Shown: positions 8,042 to 13,277 of the stretch, piece after piece | How positions within the stretch are numbered: position 1 is the first letter of the stretch | Layout: each line of letters starts with the position of its first letter | Source of the DNA: Octopus sinensis | Lineage: Eukaryota | Reading direction: 5' to 3' | Assembly: GCF_006345805.1 (NCBI RefSeq) | Contig: NW_021826181.1 | Location: 1-13,277 of the forward strand | DNA: 13,277 bases | The notes under the pieces: model-generated | Databases searched by the model: none | Told to the model about the DNA's origin: nothing | What the model saw: the letters and a program-made list of their open reading frames with translations, nothing else | Translations under genes and position numbers: made by a program

Positions 8042-8248
8042 TATATATACCAATTAGGACTGAACACGAAAAGTGGACAGTCAACATGCTAGATATAGAC
8101 GTCAAATCGCCATTCACCACAAAAGATTATGTTCTCAGATCAAACTCAACACAAAACCATGGATACATAATCTTTTGTGGTGAATGGCGATTTGACGTCT
8201 ATATCTAGCATGTTGACTGTCCACTTTTCGTGTTCAGTCCTTAATTGG

Positions 8249-8256
<8 letters not shown>
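8042..8256. repeat. Near-perfect long inverted repeat (foldback): 91/92-bp arms, 32-bp spacer
   Basis: 8042-8132 equals the reverse complement of 8165-8256 except for one 1-nt indel (AATTAGG vs AATTAAGG). Spacer 8133-8164. Both outer ends lie in (TA)n. Confidence 0.97.
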
Positions 8257-8286
<30 letters not shown>

Positions 8287-8411
8287 AACATATATATGTA
8301 TGCATGCATATATGTACATATATACACATATATAGATAGATAGATAGATAGACGGAGGGATAGACAGACACACGTATGGATGGATGGATGGATAGATGGA
8401 TGGATGGATGA
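8257..8411. repeat. Compound (TA)n/(GATA)n/(GGAT)n microsatellite
   Basis: Successive TA, GATA and GGAT runs. Confidence 0.9.
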
Positions 8412-8679
8412 CTATTCTTAGAACGGAAAGATTTTATCCTGTTCCAATTCCGCGTGAGGCCGTATATATATATAACATACACATCGAAACAATATGAAGT
8501 ATGAATGAAGACTCAAGTAGATTTCCGGATGAAACTTCGAGTAAATATAAATATTGTAAATATTATATTCTAAAGATGACGCCGATAGCCCGGAAATATA
8601 TAATTAGAAATTATATTAAGAACAGCTCAGGTGGATTCAGACATATTTATTATGAATATTGTAATTTCTTGACGCAAAC

Positions 8680-8785
8680 AGACACACATACACACATATG
8701 TGTGCTAGCTATGTGTCTGTCTATTTGCTTGTATGTGTGCGCGCGCGCGTGTGTGCGTGTATATATGTCTGTATCTGTGTGTACT

Positions 8786-8835
<50 letters not shown>

Positions 8836-8840
8836 TGTAT
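8680..8840. repeat. Compound (CA)/(TG)/(TA)/(TATG)n tract; the TATG run abuts the RTE 3' end
   Basis: Simple repeats ending in ~8 TATG units immediately left of 8841. Confidence 0.9.
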
Positions 8841-9694
8841 GGATCCATCTATCCGCTCAGTCGAAGTCGACTCTCGGTTACTCGTTGGATCAGTGTCCTC
8901 CAGTCAGTTCTATCTTAGGCCGCTTCTTTCAGATTGGCTATGTCCATTCCGGTATCACTCTTGATGGTGTCAAACCAGCGGGTTCTTGGTCGGCCTCTTC
9001 CTCTCTTGCCACTGACCATTCCGAGCATGATGTCCTTCTCCAGGGATTTTCTCCGCATAATATGACCGAAATATGCCAATCTATGCTTGGTGATCCTAGC
9101 TTCTAGCGACATTTTCGGCCTGATCTGCTTAAGAACTTCTCCATTGGTGAGCCTCGCTGTCCATGGAATCCGCAAAAGTCTTCTCCAACACCAAAGCTCG
9201 AATGCATTAATTCTCTTCTGGTCAGCTTTCTTTAGTGTCCAGGTCTCGCATCCATATGTTGCTATTGGGAAGACAATTGCATTCACCAATCTGCATTTGG
9301 TAGCGAATCTGATGTCTCTACTCTTCCAGACCCTGCTCATGCTGACCATTGCCTCTCTGCCTAGTACTATCCGCCGTCTTATTTCTGGAGTGCAGTCACC
9401 ATCTCGATTTATTTTGGAACCAGGGAAGATGAAATCATCAACAACTTCGATCTCTTCATTAACGATCTTGATGCTGATGTTTGTTGTGGCTGCTGTTGAC
9501 ATGATCTTCGTTTTCTTAACATTGAGGTGCAGCCCAAATTTCTCACTCTCTTTCTTGACCAGCAGGACAAGATCATCCAGATCCTTACCACTCTCAGCCA
9601 GCAGGGTTATATCATCTGCATAGCGAAGGTTATTAATATTTCTTCCTCCAATCCTCACTCCAATGCTGCTATCCTCCAGGCCTGCATTCCCCAT
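8841..9694 (-). mobile_element. 5'-truncated RTE-clade (BovB/RTE-like) LINE, young copy
   Basis: RT C-terminal half with NINNLRYADD catalytic motif, GLHLNVKKTKIM, YGCETWTL, FELWCWRRLLRIPWTAR, YFGHIMRR and GKRGRGRPRTRWFD. The 3' end has a GTCGACTTCGAC stem-loop and a (CATA)n tail. ATGTATGTAT occurs at both ends (8831-8840, 9693-9702). Confidence 0.96.
8849..9694 (-). pseudogene. RTE ORF fragment (reverse transcriptase C-terminal half + C-terminal domain)
   Basis: 259 aa open without frameshift. The TAA at 8915-8917 is a premature stop: the frame continues DRTDWRTLIQRVTESRLRLSG* (native TAG 8849-8851), matching RTE C-termini (DR..WR.....V..SR.RL). No endonuclease domain. Confidence 0.92.
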
Positions 9695-10061
9695 GTATGT
9701 ATTAAATAAAATGAGACGACAAAGCCAAGGCTGTGTGTAATTTTCAGGGCATTTTATAAATACAGCTGTTTCTTGGATATTAAGGATATCCTTTCATTAC
9801 AGGCGATGTGAGATGGTTAAATTGAGGGAAATAGTGGAGTTCAATATAAGGAATTATTTTGGTAAAGAATGGAAATAAGAAGCATAAAGGGAAATAGAAT
9901 AAAAGTAAAAGCAAAAATATATTTCTGGATGTTATTGTTGCAGTTCCATTATCCAAATAAAGTGGTGTGTAGAAATGGTAGAAATGCTTCTTGTCCATTG
10001 TTTGTACATTCCGATAGGGTTTCATATTTTGTAATTACAAATGTATGTATGAATGTATGTA

Positions 10062-10533
10062 ATTATTATAAATCTTCCACTGAAGAGGGAACCGGTTTCT
10101 CACAAAGAGACAAGGCTTCATCTTTGGGATGTAGTTAACAGACAAATTCACATTTGGAACTTGAGAAAAGTCTTGCATATTTTTACTGTTCCACTCACAG
10201 ATTGCACTTGTAATATAACAATCAGCCGGTCGATTTCTCTTTCTGAAAATCCCAGTTTATCCAGATTCTCCTTCAAGCATTTACTAAGCATTTAGTAGTG
10301 CTCCAATTATCATTAATATGAATATGAATTCATAGTCTACATATAGAAGCTGGAGGTTTCGAAGCAGTTGTCAACAGATATCTTCTTTTTCTTTGATTCT
10401 CAAAGAGATATTTATATCTGCAGAGCAGCTGACCTCTATGATGGTACATACCTTGGCCCTTCTAGCCCAAACAACAATATCCGGCCTGTTATGTTTACAT
10501 TTAACCGATGTTCTGATGGGGGTATTCCATCAT
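10062..10533 (-). mobile_element. 5'-truncated 3' end of a restriction-like-endonuclease (RLE) non-LTR retrotransposon, R4/Dong-like
   Basis: Manual translation from 10529: WNTPIRTSVKCKHNRPDIVVWARRAKVCTIIEVSCSADINISLRIKEKEDIC*QLLRNLQLLYVDYEFIFILMIIGAL, then after a frameshift KENLDKLGFSEREIDRLIVILQVQSVSGTVKICKTFLKFQM* (stop 10148-10150). HNRPDIV, IIEV, EK and IIGAL are RLE (PD-D/ExK) motifs. A ~85-bp 3' UTR ends in ATAATAAT. Not in the ORF track because of a stop at 10371-10373 and an 11-bp duplication at 10275-10296. Confidence 0.87.
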
Positions 10534-10687
10534 ATGCATGCATGCATGTATGTATGCATGCATGCATGCATGTATGTATGTATGTATGTATGTATGTATG
10601 TATGTATGTATGTATGTATGTATGTATGGATGGATGCATGGATGGATGGATGCATGCATGCATGCATGCATGCATGTATGTATGTAT
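10534..10687. repeat. (TGCA)/(TATG)/(TGGA) tetranucleotide tract
   Basis: Successive ATGC, ATGT and ATGG runs. Confidence 0.93.
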
Positions 10688-10930
10688 ATTGCGCTTGTGA
10701 GAGAGGGAGAATGTGTTTATGTATGCATGTATGTATGTATATTGCGCTTGTGAGAGAGGGAAAATATGTTTATGTATGCATGTATGTATGTATGTATATT
10801 GCGCTTGTGAGAGAGGGAGAATGTGTTTATGTATGCATGTATGTATGTATGTATGTATGTATGTATATTGCGCTTGTGAGAGAGGGAGAATGTGTTTGTG
10901 TATGTATCTATGTATGTATGTATGTATGTA
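10688..10930. repeat. Minisatellite, 4 copies of a ~31-bp core plus a variable (TATG)n spacer
   Basis: Core ATTGCGCTTGTGAGAGAGGGAGAATGTGTTT starts at 10688, 10741, 10798 and 10867 (periods 53, 57, 69). Confidence 0.93.
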
Positions 10931-10935
10931 GTGAA

Positions 10936-11258
10936 GGCGCGTGGTTTAGTGGTTAGGGCATTCGGCTCACGATTGTAAGTTCGTGAGTTCGATTCCCGGT
11001 CACGCGTTGTGTCCTTGAGCAAGACACTTTATTTCCCGTTGCTCCAGTCCACTCAGCTGGCAAAAATGAGTAGTACCTATATTTCAGAAAAGGGCCAGCC
11101 TTGTCACACTCTGTGTCTCGCTGAATCTCCCTGAGAACTACGTTAGGGGTACGCGTGTCTGTGGAGTGCTCAGCCACTTGCACGTTAATTTCACGAGCAA
11201 GCTGTTCCGTTGATCGTATCAGCTGGGACCTTCGTCGTCGTAACCGACGGAGTGCTCC
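10936..11258 (+). mobile_element. Full-length tRNA-derived SINE (copy Y), CORE-like body
   Basis: A-box TGGTTTAGTGGTTAGG (10942-10957), B-box GAGTTCGATTCC (10985-10996), CORE-like GTTGTGTCCTTGAGCAAGACACTT. The 3' module is shared with 6100-6260. Flanked by (TATG)n on both sides. Confidence 0.92.
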
Positions 11259-11298
11259 TATGTATGTATGTATGTATGTATGTATGTATGTATGTATG
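11259..11298. repeat. (TATG)n microsatellite at the SINE 3' end
   Basis: 10 perfect units. Confidence 0.95.
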
Positions 11299-11529
11299 TG
11301 AGAATATATTTTAGTGCATGGATGTATACGGGGATATTTACAGTTGAGTAATCCGGCTCTGGCGTAAATCCTACCATAGAGTCAAGGTGGACAGAGCAAA
11401 CACATCAAACACACACACACACACATACATGCATAGAGATACACACACATCATCTACATATTTATAGATAGCTGTATGCAGAACAGTGTACGTATGTATG
11501 TATGTACTGACATCATATACGAAGCTTTG

Positions 11530-11652
11530 TGACGTCATTTCCGTTTTCCAAATATTGTATTGCTTCCATATTGCCCATCTGTTCTGCTTTCATATATTTA
11601 CAGATGGAACGTTTTGTTTTCTCTCGCTGTGTTTACCTTGTGCGCATGCGAG
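11530..11652. promoter_or_regulatory. Candidate cis-regulatory island: ETS-CRE composite and NRF1-like site
   Basis: TGACGTCATTTCCG (11530-11543; minus strand CGGAAATGACGTCA) and TGCGCATGCG (11641-11650) in unique sequence between microsatellites. Motif match only. Confidence 0.3.
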
Positions 11653-11654
11653 AT

Positions 11655-11657
<3 letters not shown>

Positions 11658-11698
<41 letters not shown>

Positions 11699-11943
11699 TA
11701 CTTTCACGCAGTCACACATACACACGCTCACAAACGCCGACATACACAAACACTCACACAGACATATATACATATATATGTATGTATATATATATTATAT
11801 AAGCATACAATAGATACATACTTTCATTCATCTATATGTATTACATACATACACATATACGCATGTGTATATATGTATATCTATATTTATATGTGATATA
11901 GAAATAGATACATGATACATAGATAGATGTACATGCATGTATG

Positions 11944-11983
<40 letters not shown>

Positions 11984-12155
11984 CTATACATAACATTCAT
12001 ATTCTTACATATTTATATAATTCACACAATTATGCATACAAATAAACTCCTCTCTCTCTCTCTCATTCTCTTCCTTCTCTCTCGCTTATATATGTGTGTA
12101 TATGAGTATGTACATGTATATGTAAATAATTAAATAATTATATACTTTGAGAAGA

Positions 12156-12234
<79 letters not shown>

Positions 12235-12265
12235 TGTGTGATATATATGTTTCTATTTATGAATG

Positions 12266-12304
<39 letters not shown>

Positions 12305-12312
12305 GTGTGTGC
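11658..12312. repeat. Compound (TA)/(CA)/(CT)/(TG) microsatellite-rich tract
   Basis: Pure (TA)n at ~11659-11696, ~11945-11982 and ~12159-12185; (TG)n at ~12186-12231 and ~12270-12311. Confidence 0.9.
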
Positions 12313-12409
12313 TTAAAGATGTATGCTGGATCACGTTTATTCAGTCAGTAAGCCGAGATTCAGGCCTCCATTACTCATGTATGTAAACACGAGACTTCTT
12401 CCTGCATCT

Positions 12410-12436
12410 TTCTCTTTGTCTGTTTGTCTCTCTTTC

Positions 12437-12490
<54 letters not shown>

Positions 12491-12638
12491 CTTCTTCTAC
12501 TCTCTCTCACTCTCTCTCACTCTCTCTCTCTCTATCTCTTCTTCTACTCTCTATCTCTCTCTTTCTTTCTCACTCTCTCTCTCTCTCTCTCTCACACACA
12601 CTGACTGACTCAGCCACACACACACACACACACACACA
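12410..12638. repeat. (CT)n/(CTAT)n/(CA)n tract
   Basis: Pyrimidine-rich CT runs followed by a CA run. Confidence 0.92.
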
Positions 12639-12699
12639 AGGAAACATTCACAGACACTTCAACCACGGCAACAACCATCAGCCCCAAGTTTCCTCCTAA

Positions 12700-13017
12700 T
12701 CATCGCCATTATAGTCGTCGTCGTCGTCATCATCACTACCACCACCATCATCATCATCATCATCATCATGGCCATCCACCAACACAACCACCACCACAAT
12801 CACCACGATCACCACCATCATCGTCATCATCACCACCATTATCATCATCCTTATCACCACCACCATCATCATCATCATCATCATCATCATGGCCATCCAC
12901 CACCACAATCACCACCATCATCACCATTATCATCATCGTCGTCGTCATCATCATCATCATTATCATCATCAACATCGAAACTAATCTTATCCCCACCATG
13001 CATCAGTACCAACATTA

Positions 13018-13053
<36 letters not shown>

Positions 13054-13080
13054 CATTATTATTATTATTATTATTACTTG
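12700..13080. repeat. Trinucleotide tract (CAT/CAC/CGT)n followed by (TAT)n
   Basis: Degenerate CAT/CAC/CGT repeats 12700-12975, then (TAT)n ~13012-13075. Source of the poly-His, poly-Asp and poly-Asn ORFs. Confidence 0.93.
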
Positions 13081-13100
13081 TTATATTTTCGTTGTTATCT

Positions 13101-13277
13101 TGTGCGCGACATGGTGATCTCATATCAAGATAAACAGCACATGACCTTGCAGGTGGAGCCCAGTTAGAATTTTCTTCAGATCGAGTAATCCATCCCGCTC
13201 AAAAAGTCCCTGAATAAGGGTTGTTTAAGGACGTTGAACGAAACACCCATGTTTCCAGAGATGAATTATTCAAACCC
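13101..13277. mobile_element. Probable internal fragment of an abundant interspersed repeat continuing beyond the window
   Basis: Abrupt switch from (TAT)n to complex sequence that I recall as part of a common octopus repeat. No second copy or diagnostic terminus in the window to confirm it. Confidence 0.35.

Noticed and set aside
7957-8256. Search for a Penelope-type hammerhead ribozyme near the foldback
   Set aside because: No CTGANGA...GAAA core found by eye on either strand.
8501-9623. + strand ORFs 8501..9106 (201 aa) and 9087..9623 (178 aa)
   Set aside because: Microsatellite read-through and antisense shadow of the RTE ORF.
6858-10930. CRISPR-like appearance of the tandem SINE units and the 10688 minisatellite
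   Set aside because: Eukaryotic context, no unique spacers (spacers are TATG runs or absent), no cas genes.
1667-11000. tRNA-like sequences (A/B boxes) at the SINE heads
   Set aside because: No complete cloverleaf or acceptor stem; they continue into SINE bodies with TSDs, so they are SINE heads rather than tRNA genes.
11580-11640. Strong-looking acceptor TTCTGCTTTCATATATTTACAG|ATG at 11603/11604
   Set aside because: No good donor or meaningful frame before the (TA)n run.
12696-13133. Poly-His, poly-Asp and poly-Asn ORFs
   Set aside because: Direct translations of the trinucleotide microsatellite, open on both strands, with no non-repetitive domain.

Overview
Repeat-dominated, non-genic (intronic or intergenic) animal DNA. 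The SINE families and dense microsatellite landscape suggest an octopod cephalopod (Octopus-like); this is inference from familiarity with these repeats, not a database result. No host protein-coding gene can be supported, and almost all ORFs in the track are microsatellite or antisense artefacts. Contents: an internally deleted mariner with both TIRs (935-1501); three multimeric copies of one tRNA-derived SINE built from a head plus 2-3 tandem ~184-bp units (1667-2083, 3977-4393, 6810-7411); four other SINE copies, three of which share modules (2372-2658, 5904-6268, 10936-11258) plus 2656-2977; a non-autonomous Helitron (3370-3765); two RTE-clade LINE fragments (one old and SINE-interrupted at ~3900-4720, one young at 8841-9694); and a degraded restriction-like-endonuclease (R4/Dong-type) LINE 3' end missed by the ORF track (10062-10533). 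Structural oddities include a near-perfect ~91-bp foldback (8042-8256), an old diverged ~270-bp inverted repeat pair (3085-3345 / 5470-5757), and a minisatellite with a nested variable microsatellite (10688-10930).
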